Assembly: GCA_965218295.1 (NCBI GenBank)
Contig: CBDCKN010000015.1
Coordinates: 384,001 to 448,000, forward strand
Length of the DNA stretch: 64,000 nt
Direction of reading: 5' to 3'
Source: Longimicrobiales bacterium
GTDB lineage: Bacteria > Gemmatimonadota > Gemmatimonadetes > Longimicrobiales > Gaopeijiaceae
Positions 48,845-58,729 of the stretch are shown piece after piece. Each line of letters starts with the position of its first letter. Positions within the stretch are counted from its first letter, which is position 1. The notes beneath the pieces are model-generated. The model was not told the origin of the DNA. It saw only the letters and a list, made by a program, of their open reading frames with translations, and ran no database searches. Made by a program: the position numbers and the translations under genes.

Positions 48845-49726
48845 ATGTCCTCTCAGGCCGAGTCAGAGGCCGAGCGCGACATTTCATCGCTCCCTGAGAT
48901 CCTGGTCGAGGGCACCGTACGCCACGCCCTCGAGGAAGACCTCGGTCAAGCCGGAGACCTCACCACACGCTCCGTAGTCGCCCCCACGGCCGTGACGAAG
49001 GCAGAGATCGTCGCGAGGGACACGGGGGTTTTGGCGGGCGCCCAGGTGGCGACCCTGGCTTTCATGCTCGTCGACTCGGAGCTCACGGTCCGCTTTTGTG
49101 CGAGCGACGGGTCCACCGTGGGACCAGGGGATGTGGTGGCCGTGGTGGAAGGCGCAGCCCTGTCGATCCTGACCGCGGAGCGCACGGCCTTGAACTTCCT
49201 GGGCCACCTGTCGGGAGTCGCCACGGCCACGAGAGGGTTGGTCCAGGCCGTCGAGGGCACGAGGGCGAGGATCTGCTGCACCCGGAAGACCACGCCCGGG
49301 CTACGAGCGCTAGAAAAATACGCGGTCCGCGTCGGTGGCGGTGTGAATCACCGACTCGGGCTCGATGGGGCGATCCTGATCAAGGACAATCACATCGCGG
49401 TGGTCGGTGGAGTAGCCGAGGCCTTGGCGGCCGCCCAGGCATCGGCCGGTCCCCTCACGCCCATCGAGATAGAGGTCGACACCCTCGCCCAGCTCGATGC
49501 AGCCCTTGCGGGTGGAGCGGCGGTGATCCTGCTGGACAACATGGCTCCATCCGTCCTCCGAGAAGCCGTCGAAAAGGTCGATGGTCGGGCGCGGCTGGAG
49601 GCATCGGGGCACGTGACCGTCGACACCGTCCGGGACATCGCGGAAACCGGCGTCGACTACATCTCGAGTGGCTGGATCACCCACTCGGCGCCCGCCCTGG
49701 ACTTCGGGCTCGACTTTCCGGGATAG
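48845..49726 (+). CDS. nadC: Quinolinate phosphoribosyltransferase
   Basis: AERTALNFL, TRKTTPGLR, LIKDNH, EIEVD and LLDNM motifs. Confidence 0.96.
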   Translation: MSSQAESEAERDISSLPEILVEGTVRHALEEDLGQAGDLTTRSVVAPTAVTKAEIVARDTGVLAGAQVATLAFMLVDSELTVRFCASDGSTVGPGDVVAVVEGAALSILTAERTALNFLGHLSGVATATRGLVQAVEGTRARICCTRKTTPGLRALEKYAVRVGGGVNHRLGLDGAILIKDNHIAVVGGVAEALAAAQASAGPLTPIEIEVDTLAQLDAALAGGAAVILLDNMAPSVLREAVEKVDGRARLEASGHVTVDTVRDIAETGVDYISSGWITHSAPALDFGLDFPG

Positions 49727-50048
49727 GAGAGCGGTCCACCTCCTCCAGCGTCGAGTAGACACTGGGTGAGATCCGCAGGACCTCGACGGTCAGAAGGCTG
49801 TTGAGGAAGTACAGCGGGTCGCGTTGTGGATGCCCAACAGCCTTCCAGAGACCAGAATATGCTCCCCGGTGAAGGCTGTCCAACACTTGAATGGAGGGGC
49901 CTCTGTTCCCCGGAACAAAAGGCCACAACCGGACTATCACCGCCTCGAAGAGCCATCCTCGCCCGTCCCGAGGGCGTCGGCCTGGTAGAGGGCCCCGGAG
50001 TCCACTTGAGACACCGATCACGGAGGCACGCCATCATCCGCAGGCGAA

Positions 50049-52142
50049 ATGCGTAGATTGACCATCGGAACCCTTTCCGGGCTTTACGTGGCGATCCTGG
50101 GGCTGCCGAGCTTTTCTGCCGCACAGATTCCCGACTCCATCCAGTTGGACACGCTCGGTGGGTTTCCACAGAGCTTCCGCATGACCGAGATCCGGGTCCT
50201 GGCCCGGCAGAAGCTCACGGCTACCGGAGGAGTCGGCGCAGTGGAGATGCGCCTCGATTCCCTCGGTGCGGTTCCGATTCCCACGCTGGAGCAGGCGCTA
50301 CGGGAGATGCCTTTCCTTCGGATTCGAGTGAATTCCCGGGGCGAGGCTCAGCCCAGCCTGCGTGGCGCCACCGATCGGCAAATCGCGGTTCTGGTGGACG
50401 GCGTTCCCCTGACGCTGGGCTGGGATCATCGCACCGATCTCTCAATCATCCCCCTGACCGCGGCCCGCTCCGTGAACCTTCTGCGCGGGCTTTCGTCGGT
50501 CCTCCACGGGCCGAACGTCCTCGCCGGCGTCGTGGAGGTGGATGTGGCGCGGGGAAACCTGCGAATGGAGCAGCCCGCGCCTGCGACCTTCAGCGTGGCG
50601 GTTGAAGAGACGGGAGGGCTGACGGTCGGAGCCACCGGGGCCCGGCTCATCGAGTCCGGAGACGGCCAGTGGCTCGTCCAGGCCGGGGCTGGATTCAGGG
50701 ACCGGTCCGGAATCACCCTACCAGACTCGGACTCCATGGAGCCCCGGGAGAGGGCGCTGCTCACCCGGGACGGAGACCTGCGACTCAACAGTGACTCCAG
50801 GCACGTCGACGGGTTCGTCTCCACGCGCTACCAGGGGGACAGCGGCGCCTGGACCTCGTTGACGGTCTCCGGCTTCGACGTGGATCGCGGGGTTCCCCCC
50901 GAGACAAACGAGTCCGAGCCGAGACTCTGGCGATATCCGGACCAGTCGCGATTCGTGGCTGCCTTCTCCGGCGGCACCGGTCTCCGTGAGACGAGCTGGG
51001 GCGAGGGTGACCTGGAGGCAAGCCTCGGGATCGACGTGGGCTCTTTCCGGATCCAGCAGTTCGGCACCGCCGAGTACGAGACGGTGATCGATGAGGAGGA
51101 GGGAGACGACCGGACCCTTACATTGCGTCTTCTCGGGGACCACACCATCAGCCACCGGGCGGACGTGCGCGCGGCGTTCACGTATGGCGACGTGTCACAC
51201 TCTGAACGGGTGACCGGCGAGGGCGAGAGGGAATTCCGCCAGCGCTTGTGGAGCCTGGGAACCGAGGCGGAATGGCGGTTCGACGATCTGCCCGGGTGGG
51301 AGAGCCTGGGCGCCACGCGGCTCAACGTGGGCCTGGCCGTCGACGGAGCGGACACCCCCGAGTCGGCGGACAAGCCCCCGTTGGGCCGCCTGTGGAACTG
51401 GGGTGCCCGCCTCGGCTTCTCGTCGCTCACGGCGGGCAGCAGATTGCTCCTTCACGCAGGCGTCAGCCGTCGCGCGCGCTTCCCCTCGCTCCGGGAGCTG
51501 TACTCCGACGCCCTGGGCCGCTTCCGGCCCAATCCGGACCTGAAGCCCGAGATCCTCACCGGTGCGGAGATGGGATTGACCTGGGACCTTCCCGGGCTCG
51601 ACTTGCAGATCGTGGGGTTCCATCAGATCCTCTCCGACGGCATCATCCGGATCGGGGTGGAGACGCCCGAGGGACCCAAGCGCCAACGAGTGAACCGGGA
51701 CCGCATCCGGAGCACGGGCCTTGAGATCGTTGCCACAGGGGCCCTGAACAGCCTCGAGTACGCCGGCGACGTAACCTTCCAGCAGGCATGGCAATTCGAG
51801 GGAGGCAGCGACGATCGCACACGGCCCGAGTACGAGCCCAACCTCGCTGCCCGGCTGAGCCTGGGGGTCCCGGTGGTGGCCGCCACGACCGTCTCCGGAG
51901 AGTACCGATACCTCGGGCGACAGTTCTGTCTGAACGTCTACAGCGGCGACTTCGACCGCCTCGACGAGACGCACAGCCTGGACCTCCAGGTCAGACGTCT
52001 TTTCCTGCTGGAAGGGCGCAGGACATTCTCCAACGTCGACGCGCTGGTCTCCCTGGCGAACGTTACGGACAGAGCCATCTTCGATCAGTGCGGATTGCCG
52101 CAGCCGGGACGAACCCTCCGCTTCCAGATCCGACTCTTCTGA
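50049..52142 (+). CDS. TonB-dependent receptor
   Basis: Plug (VLVDGVP, GLSSVLHGPN), FPSLRELY, NPDLKPE, PGRTLRF and terminal Phe. Confidence 0.9.
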   Translation: MRRLTIGTLSGLYVAILGLPSFSAAQIPDSIQLDTLGGFPQSFRMTEIRVLARQKLTATGGVGAVEMRLDSLGAVPIPTLEQALREMPFLRIRVNSRGEAQPSLRGATDRQIAVLVDGVPLTLGWDHRTDLSIIPLTAARSVNLLRGLSSVLHGPNVLAGVVEVDVARGNLRMEQPAPATFSVAVEETGGLTVGATGARLIESGDGQWLVQAGAGFRDRSGITLPDSDSMEPRERALLTRDGDLRLNSDSRHVDGFVSTRYQGDSGAWTSLTVSGFDVDRGVPPETNESEPRLWRYPDQSRFVAAFSGGTGLRETSWGEGDLEASLGIDVGSFRIQQFGTAEYETVIDEEEGDDRTLTLRLLGDHTISHRADVRAAFTYGDVSHSERVTGEGEREFRQRLWSLGTEAEWRFDDLPGWESLGATRLNVGLAVDGADTPESADKPPLGRLWNWGARLGFSSLTAGSRLLLHAGVSRRARFPSLRELYSDALGRFRPNPDLKPEILTGAEMGLTWDLPGLDLQIVGFHQILSDGIIRIGVETPEGPKRQRVNRDRIRSTGLEIVATGALNSLEYAGDVTFQQAWQFEGGSDDRTRPEYEPNLAARLSLGVPVVAATTVSGEYRYLGRQFCLNVYSGDFDRLDETHSLDLQVRRLFLLEGRRTFSNVDALVSLANVTDRAIFDQCGLPQPGRTLRFQIRLF

Positions 52143-52241
52143 CGCGCCCGACCGGGCGCTACCTTCTCTGCGGCCTCCACCGTACGTCCGTGGCGCTCCT
52201 AACGCGGCTCGCCCGACTTCTTCGACAGGCCTCTAACAGAG

Positions 52242-53207
52242 ATGATCCGAGTCACCTTTCTGGGGACCGCGGCCTCCCGTCCGACGGTTCGACGCAACGT
52301 GAGTTCCATCGCCGTCCAGCGAGAGGGAGATGTCTTCCTGTTCGACTGCGGCGAGGGCACCCAGCGTCAGATGATGCGGTACGCGACGGGCTTCGCCCTG
52401 GGCGAAATCTTCATCACGCATCTCCACGCGGATCACTTTCTGGGGATCACCGGCCTGTTGCGGACCATGTCGCTCCAGGGCCGGACCGAGCCACTGCACA
52501 TCTACGGGCCGCAGGGGTCCCGCGCTACGCTCCAGAATGCCGTAGAGTTGGGTGTGGATCGCGTTTCGTTCCCCCTCACCATCCAGGAGCTCGAGGTGGG
52601 CGCGCGCGTGTCCCACGAGGAATACGATGTGGTGGCGTTACGTGTGAACCACGGGACGCAGGTGCTGGGCTATGCACTGGTGGAGCACGAACGGCTGGGA
52701 CGCTTCGACGTGGAGCGCGCCCGGGCTCTGGGCATTCCGGAAGGCCCCCTTTTCGGCAAGTTACACAGCGGCGAAGCCGTGGAGGTGGACGGCCGGATGA
52801 TCGAGGCTGCCGAGGTGGTGGGCACTCCTCGGCCCGGTCGAGTGGTCGTGTACACGGGGGATACCCGCCCGGCGGATACCATCATGGAGGCGGCAACCGG
52901 GGCCGCTTTGCTCATCCACGAGGCGACCTTCGGTGACGAAGAGGCGGACAGGGCCCACCGGACATACCACAGCACTGCGCGGGGCGCTGCCGCAGTGGCC
53001 CTCAAGGCTGGCGTTGCGCGCCTCTGCCTCACGCACGTCTCCGCTCGTTATGCCGACGACCCGGCACCGTTGGAGCAAGAGGCTCGGGAGGTCTACCCGG
53101 AGGCCGTGGTAGCCCGAGACGGCCTCGTGGTGGAGATCCCGTACAGCGACGACGCCGAGGACTCTCTCGCCAACGAGGGTGCGGCTACCGGCGAGGGTAT
53201 GCGCTAG
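52242..53207 (+). CDS. rnz: Ribonuclease Z
   Basis: FLGTAASRPT, DCGEGTQ, THLHADH, exosite GIPEGP, GDT, HEAT and THVSARY motifs. Confidence 0.96.
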   Translation: MIRVTFLGTAASRPTVRRNVSSIAVQREGDVFLFDCGEGTQRQMMRYATGFALGEIFITHLHADHFLGITGLLRTMSLQGRTEPLHIYGPQGSRATLQNAVELGVDRVSFPLTIQELEVGARVSHEEYDVVALRVNHGTQVLGYALVEHERLGRFDVERARALGIPEGPLFGKLHSGEAVEVDGRMIEAAEVVGTPRPGRVVVYTGDTRPADTIMEAATGAALLIHEATFGDEEADRAHRTYHSTARGAAAVALKAGVARLCLTHVSARYADDPAPLEQEAREVYPEAVVARDGLVVEIPYSDDAEDSLANEGAATGEGMR

Positions 53208-53209
53208 CC

Positions 53210-54055
53210 ATGGGCTCGGCCGACCCGCAACAGCGCGTGGGGATCGTGGGCCTGGGCCTCATGGGAGGATCGGTTGCCCGGGCACTGAGGAGGCTCGAGC
53301 CGGCCCCTCGGGTCACGGCGTTCACCAGGGACTCGGAGGATGCCCGAGAGGTCCTTGATGCCGGCATCCTCGACGCCATGGCCGAGACACCCGGGGACGC
53401 CGTCCGCGACCAGGACGTTGTGGTCTACGCCACGCCCCTGGGTGTTACCCTCGAGCTCATGGCGACGCATGCGGGGTGGTGGGGCGAGGCGGCGGTCACC
53501 GATGTGGTGAGTCTCAAGGAGCCGCTCCTCCGCCAAGCGCGGGAGCAGGGGTTCGCGGCCTCGTACGTAGGTGCCCACCCCATGGTGGGAGGAACAGGAT
53601 CCGGGTTCCGCGCCTCAGTCGAGGACCTGTTCGTCGACCACACCGTGTGGGTGGTTCGCGGAGACGCGGAGGAGGACCACGTGGAGCGCGTCGACGCCTT
53701 CTGGCGCTCGCTGGGCGCTCGGACCCGCCCGGTCGAGGCTGCCGAGCATGACCGGCTCATGGTCTGGGCGAGCCACCTCCCCCAGCTTGTGGCGACAGCC
53801 CTTGCCAGGGTCATGGCCGCCCAGGGGCTCGAGGTCGCCGATCTCGGTCCCGGCGGTTTGGACATGACACGGCTGGCCAAGAGTTCGTCCGAAATGTGGC
53901 GCGATCTCATGACGGAGTCGGCCGACCAGGACGTGCCGGCGCTGGAGACTCTGGAGGAGGAGCTCGACGCCATACGTGCAGCTCTTGCGGTAGGGGATGT
54001 GGAGGGCGTCGGAGCCATGATGGACCAAATCCGGACGTGGAGGCGCGAGGGGTGA
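53210..54055 (+). CDS. tyrA: Prephenate/arogenate dehydrogenase
   Basis: GLGLMGGS, HPMVG, EHD, SHLPQ and MTRLAKSS motifs. Confidence 0.88.
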   Translation: MGSADPQQRVGIVGLGLMGGSVARALRRLEPAPRVTAFTRDSEDAREVLDAGILDAMAETPGDAVRDQDVVVYATPLGVTLELMATHAGWWGEAAVTDVVSLKEPLLRQAREQGFAASYVGAHPMVGGTGSGFRASVEDLFVDHTVWVVRGDAEEDHVERVDAFWRSLGARTRPVEAAEHDRLMVWASHLPQLVATALARVMAAQGLEVADLGPGGLDMTRLAKSSSEMWRDLMTESADQDVPALETLEEELDAIRAALAVGDVEGVGAMMDQIRTWRREG

Positions 54056-56088
54056 GGAGGATCAGGGTTCCGGGCGACAAGTCCATTTCCCAGCGTGCCC
54101 TGATCCTCGCTTCTCTCGCCACGGGCGAGAGCCGGTTGCGGGGAGTTCTGCCGGGGGAGGACCCCCAGGCGACAGCGTCGGTCCTGCGGGCATTGGGCAT
54201 GGACTTTCCGCCACTGCCGGACGGGGGGTCCGAGATTCGGGTGCAGGGTTTGGGCCGGCACGGCTTCCGGGAGCCGGACCGCGTCCTCGACTTCAAGAAC
54301 AGCGGGACCGGAGCTCGCCTCATGCTGGGCGTGCTGGCGGGGCAGCCCTTCACAACCAGGGTGACCGGCGACGAGTCTCTCCGCAGCCGGCCCATGGGTC
54401 GGGTGACCCGTCCACTCTCCCACATGGGTGCCACGTTCCGGGAGTTGGGAGAGCCGGATCGGCTTCCTCTCGAGGTAGTCGGCTCTACGCTCCAGGCGTT
54501 GGACTACGATTCGCCGGTGGCCAGCGCCCAGGTGAAGAGCGCCCTGCTCCTGGCCGGCCTTGTGGGCGAGGCGTTCGTGCTCGTCTCCGAGCCGCGCCGC
54601 TCACGGGACCATATGGAGCGCATGTTGAGCATGGTGGGAGCCTCTGTCATATCCCACGAGAGTGGCGGCCGCTGGCGCGTGGAGCTCCGGGACCCCCCAT
54701 CTACCGTCGACCCCCTAGATCTGGAAGTACCGGGGGACTTCTCGTCGGCTGCGTTCTTCGTGGTGCTGGCGCTTCTCGGTGGTGTGGAGGGTGGCCTGGC
54801 CATCGGGCATGTGGGTCTGAACCCCACCAGAACGGGACTCCTCTCGATGCTGGCCCGCATGGGGGCCAGCATCGAAGTGGTGGAAGCCGGTGACGGAGGA
54901 GGCGCCGAGTCGGGTAGAGCCGGGGAGCCGGTCGGAGAGCTCCGGGTGTCGCCCTCGACGCTCCAGGCGGTGGAGGTGACGGAACGAGAAGTGCCCGCCA
55001 TGGTCGACGAGTTCCCGATCCTGGCAGTGGCGGCCGCCCGGGCTTCGGGGGCCACCCGCATCACGGGCGCCTCCGAGCTCAGGCTCAAGGAGTCCGATCG
55101 GATCCGGGCCCTCGTGGAGAACCTCAGGGCCGTGGGGGTCGAGGCCGAGGAGCTCGAGGACGGCCTCGAGATCGTGGGTACGGACCTGCCCTTGGAGGGA
55201 CGCGTCCTCAGCCACCACGATCACCGGATCGCCATGGCGTTCGGGGTTTTGGGAGCCCTCCCGGGCAACCGCATCGAGGTGGAGAACACATCCGTCGTCG
55301 ACGTCAGCTTCCCCGGATTCTGGGAGATGCTGGAGCGGCTCTCCTCGAGGCCGGGGGGGGGAGGCCGGGACGGGTGGACCGCCATGAGTGGGCCTCCGGA
55401 CCCTCCTCGCGGCGGACTGGTCGTCACCCTCGACGGCCCGGCGGGCTCGGGAAAGACCACCACGGCCCGGGAGTTGGCCCGGCGCCTGGGATTTCGCCAT
55501 CTCGACTCCGGCGGACTCTATCGGGCGCTGACGTTCGCGCTGCTGGAGGAGAGAATCCCCCCTGAGGAATGGCCTGCACTCACCTCCGCGGATCTCGATG
55601 ACCTTGGTGTTCAGGCCGGGCCCGGTGACGCTCGAGTGGACATCCACCGTCACGGGAAGGCGCTTTCTTCCGAGCTGCGCACGGCTGAAGTGACCAAGTA
55701 CGTTCCGGTCGTTGCAAGCCTGCCCGCAGTCCGTCAGTGGCTGCTCGGTACGCAGCGTGCACTGGGCGCGCACGGCAATCTCGTGGCGGACGGCCGGGAC
55801 ATGGGCACCATCGTCTTCCCCGACGCGGACCTGAAGGTGTTCCTGGTGGCCGGGCTCGAGGCGAGGGCGCGCCGTCGATTGCTTCAGGATCTCGGAGTGG
55901 ACCCGAGCCCTGACGAGATCGAAGCTGAAGCCGAGCGAATCGAGGACAGAGACCGGACGGACAGCGACCGTGAGCTCTCTCCACTGCGCCGGCCAGAAGA
56001 CGCATTTGAAGTGGACACGACAGCCCTCTCGTTCGAGGAGCAGGTATCACTCATCTTGAAGCGGGTTAAGGACTTGACTGCCTTGTGA
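54052..56088 (+). CDS. aroA: EPSP synthase fused in frame to cytidylate kinase
   Basis: PGDKSIS, RPMGRV, SAQVKSA, ELRLKESDRI and DHRIAM, then Cmk motifs. GTG start overlaps the tyrA stop. Confidence 0.92.
   Translation: MRRIRVPGDKSISQRALILASLATGESRLRGVLPGEDPQATASVLRALGMDFPPLPDGGSEIRVQGLGRHGFREPDRVLDFKNSGTGARLMLGVLAGQPFTTRVTGDESLRSRPMGRVTRPLSHMGATFRELGEPDRLPLEVVGSTLQALDYDSPVASAQVKSALLLAGLVGEAFVLVSEPRRSRDHMERMLSMVGASVISHESGGRWRVELRDPPSTVDPLDLEVPGDFSSAAFFVVLALLGGVEGGLAIGHVGLNPTRTGLLSMLARMGASIEVVEAGDGGGAESGRAGEPVGELRVSPSTLQAVEVTEREVPAMVDEFPILAVAAARASGATRITGASELRLKESDRIRALVENLRAVGVEAEELEDGLEIVGTDLPLEGRVLSHHDHRIAMAFGVLGALPGNRIEVENTSVVDVSFPGFWEMLERLSSRPGGGGRDGWTAMSGPPDPPRGGLVVTLDGPAGSGKTTTARELARRLGFRHLDSGGLYRALTFALLEERIPPEEWPALTSADLDDLGVQAGPGDARVDIHRHGKALSSELRTAEVTKYVPVVASLPAVRQWLLGTQRALGAHGNLVADGRDMGTIVFPDADLKVFLVAGLEARARRRLLQDLGVDPSPDEIEAEAERIEDRDRTDSDRELSPLRRPEDAFEVDTTALSFEEQVSLILKRVKDLTAL
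55384..56088 (+). CDS. cmk: Cytidylate kinase domain (possible independent start at ATG 55384)
   Basis: DGPAGSGKTT, LDSGGLYR, DGRDMGTIVFPDA and RDRTDSDR motifs. Confidence 0.88.
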   Translation: MSGPPDPPRGGLVVTLDGPAGSGKTTTARELARRLGFRHLDSGGLYRALTFALLEERIPPEEWPALTSADLDDLGVQAGPGDARVDIHRHGKALSSELRTAEVTKYVPVVASLPAVRQWLLGTQRALGAHGNLVADGRDMGTIVFPDADLKVFLVAGLEARARRRLLQDLGVDPSPDEIEAEAERIEDRDRTDSDRELSPLRRPEDAFEVDTTALSFEEQVSLILKRVKDLTAL

Positions 56089-56102
56089 GGGCCCGGTAGC
56101 TT
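56074..56102 (+). promoter_or_regulatory. Sigma-70-type promoter for rpsA at the cmk 3' end
   Basis: TTGACT-N17-TAGCTT. Confidence 0.6.
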
Positions 56103-56226
56103 CACCTCGCTAGGCCCCAAGCGCCGGGGTCTCCTATCCCTTTTTCGACCACCTCAACCCGGGCCGAGGCGCTGCAGGCGGGTCCGGCGAGATCAGGCAC
56201 CGGCTGATCGGGTCGGTGAATGAACC

Positions 56227-58716
56227 ATGGCTAACCAAGAAACCCAGAACCCAGAAACCCCCTCCTCCGAACTCCTCGAAGCCGCCTCCGCGGAAGCTCC
56301 CGACAACACAACAGAGGCTGGCTCTAAAGAAGCGCCCATCGACGGTGCCGGCCCCGAGGCCGACAGCGACGGCCCTGAGGCAGCCAGCGACGACCCTGAG
56401 GCAGCCAGCGACGACCCCGAGGCAGCCGCCGAGGTAGCTGCGTCCGAGACGAATGGTGGAGCTGCCGACGCCGCCATCGCGGTAGCGGCAGCCGCTGCTG
56501 AAGGAATCTCTCCGGAGCTCGTCGCCGATCCCTACGGGGAGGAGAAGCTCGACGTCTCCACTGCGGATTTCGAGGCCCTGCTCTCGCAGCACGCCGACGC
56601 GATGGGCGACTTCCGCGAGGGAGAGATCGTCAACGCGAAGGTCCTGCGGGTGACCGACAGCATGGTCATCCTGGAATTCGGCTTCAAGAGTGAAGGGGCC
56701 GTGGCCCTGGACGAGTTCAAGGACCGCGACGCCATCGAGCCCGGCCAGGAGGTCGAGGTTCTTCTCGAGAGCCTGGAGGACGACGACGGCATCGTCGTCC
56801 TCTCCAAGAAGAAGGCCGATTTCCTGCGGGTGTGGGAGAGGATCCGCGAGGCCCACGAGGCGGACGAGCCCGTCGAGGGTGTGCTGACCCGCAAGATCAA
56901 GGGTGGCGTCACGGTCGACATCATGGGTGTCGACGCGTTCCTGCCCGGCTCGCAGATCGCTCTTCGGAGGGTGCCGAACATTGAAGATCTCCTGGGACAG
57001 ACCTTCGAGTTCAAGATCATCAAGCTCAACAAGCGTCGGCGGAATATCGTCGTGTCGCGTCGGGTGATCCTCGAGGGAGAGCGCGAGAGGAAGCGCGAGA
57101 CGCTGGTCAAGGAGCTCCTTGTTGGGCAGGTCCGTGAAGGCGCGGTCAAGAACGTCACCGACTTCGGTGCGTTCATCGATCTGGGTGGGCTCGACGGACT
57201 CCTGCACATCACCGACATGTCGTGGGGCCGAGTTGGTTACCCAGGCGAGGTCGTGGACATCGGGTCGATGATCGACGTGAAGGTTCTGGATATCGATTGG
57301 GACCGCGAGCGCATCTCGCTGGGGCTGAAGCAGCTCCTGCCGTATCCCTGGACCGACATCGACAAGAAGTACCCGGTCGGTGCCCGTGTCCGCGGAAAGG
57401 TCGTCTCGATCACGAACTACGGTGCGTTCATCGAGCTCCAGAAGGGGGTCGAGGGACTGGTCCACATCTCCGAGATGTCGTGGACCCGCAACATTCGGCA
57501 CCCCTCGAAGCTCGTGAACATCGGAGACGAGATCGAGGCGGTGGTGTTGAAGGTCGATCCTCAGGACGAGAAAATCTCCCTCGGCATGAAGCAGATCGAG
57601 GAAGATCCGTGGTTGGGGCTCCCGGTGAAGTATCCCACCGGCACGCATCTGGCCGGTACCGTTCGGAACCTCACGTCCTTCGGGGCCTTCGTCGAGATCG
57701 AGCCCGGAATCGACGGCCTGGTGCACGTCTCCGACATGAGCTGGACCAAGCGGGTGGAGCACCCCTCCGAGATCGTTCAGAAGGGCGACGAGGTGGAGGT
57801 GCTGGTACTCGATGTCGATGCCGAGGCGAAGCGGATCTCGCTGGGGATCAAGCAGCTCCAGGACGATCCCTGGCCCGGCATCTCCGAGCGCTTCTCCGCG
57901 GGCGTGGAGCCCGAGGGAACGGTGGCTCGTGTGCAAGAGAAGGGCGTCGTCGTGGATCTGGGCGACGACATCGAAGGCTTCTCGCCCACGTCGCACACGG
58001 GGGTGGATGAAGGCGCGGTGCTCGGTGAGTACTTCAGGCGCGGTGAAGCCCTGAAGCTCAAGGTCATCGAGTCCGACGCCGGCAATCGCCGTATCGTGCT
58101 CGAGGTCACTGAGGTGCCCGAGCGGATTGAACTGCCCGAGCCCGAGGAGGAGCCCGAAGCCGAGGCAGACGGGGAGGACGCCCCTGAGGCTGAGGCCGCC
58201 GCGGCCGACGAAGGGGACGAGGCTGTAGATGAGCCCGAAGGTGATGCCGACGTCGAAGAGGGTGCGGTGGATGCCGCAGATGAGCCGGAAGCCGAGGCGG
58301 AGCCCGAGGACGAGCCCGAAGAGGCTGCCGCCGAAGCCGCAGACGAGCCGGAGGGTGAGGCCGACGTCGAAGAGGCCGCCGCGGATGTGGAGGATGCGCT
58401 GGAAGCCGAGGCGGAGCCCGAGGACGAGCCCGAAGAGGTCGCCGCGGAAGCCGCAGACGAGCCGGAGGGTGAGGCCGACGTCGAAGAGGCCGCCGCGGAT
58501 GTGGAGGATGCACTGGAAGCCGAGGCGGAGCCCGAGGACGAGCCCGAAGAGGTCGCCGCGGAAGCCGCAGACGAGCCGGAGGGTGAGGCCGACGTCGAAG
58601 AGGCCGCCGCCGAAGTGGAGGAGCCGACGGCTTCCGCCGGCGATGTGGGCGACTCCGCCGAAGAGGTAGAGGAAGCCGCAGACGAGCCTGAGGAAGAGAC
58701 TAAAGAAGAGGCTTGA
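56227..58716 (+). CDS. rpsA: 30S ribosomal protein S1 with long acidic N- and C-terminal extensions
   Basis: Six S1 domains (GLLHITDMSW, GLVHISEMSW, RISLGLKQ); located downstream of cmk. Confidence 0.96.
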   Translation: MANQETQNPETPSSELLEAASAEAPDNTTEAGSKEAPIDGAGPEADSDGPEAASDDPEAASDDPEAAAEVAASETNGGAADAAIAVAAAAAEGISPELVADPYGEEKLDVSTADFEALLSQHADAMGDFREGEIVNAKVLRVTDSMVILEFGFKSEGAVALDEFKDRDAIEPGQEVEVLLESLEDDDGIVVLSKKKADFLRVWERIREAHEADEPVEGVLTRKIKGGVTVDIMGVDAFLPGSQIALRRVPNIEDLLGQTFEFKIIKLNKRRRNIVVSRRVILEGERERKRETLVKELLVGQVREGAVKNVTDFGAFIDLGGLDGLLHITDMSWGRVGYPGEVVDIGSMIDVKVLDIDWDRERISLGLKQLLPYPWTDIDKKYPVGARVRGKVVSITNYGAFIELQKGVEGLVHISEMSWTRNIRHPSKLVNIGDEIEAVVLKVDPQDEKISLGMKQIEEDPWLGLPVKYPTGTHLAGTVRNLTSFGAFVEIEPGIDGLVHVSDMSWTKRVEHPSEIVQKGDEVEVLVLDVDAEAKRISLGIKQLQDDPWPGISERFSAGVEPEGTVARVQEKGVVVDLGDDIEGFSPTSHTGVDEGAVLGEYFRRGEALKLKVIESDAGNRRIVLEVTEVPERIELPEPEEEPEAEADGEDAPEAEAAAADEGDEAVDEPEGDADVEEGAVDAADEPEAEAEPEDEPEEAAAEAADEPEGEADVEEAAADVEDALEAEAEPEDEPEEVAAEAADEPEGEADVEEAAADVEDALEAEAEPEDEPEEVAAEAADEPEGEADVEEAAAEVEEPTASAGDVGDSAEEVEEAADEPEEETKEEA
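56353..56430 (+). repeat. 21-bp tandem repeat (PEAASDD) in the rpsA 5' region
   Basis: CCTGAGGCAGCCAGCGACGAC unit, about 3.5 degenerate copies. Confidence 0.8.
58288..58622 (+). repeat. 114-bp (38-aa) tandem repeat, about 3 copies, in the rpsA 3' region
   Basis: Units start at 58288, 58402 and 58516 and are near-identical. Confidence 0.92.
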
Positions 58717-58729
58717 GGCAGAGCCGTCC

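Noticed and set aside
58288..58622. Regular repeats as a possible CRISPR array
   Set aside because: They are contiguous in-frame 114-bp coding repeats with no unique spacers, and no cas genes are present.
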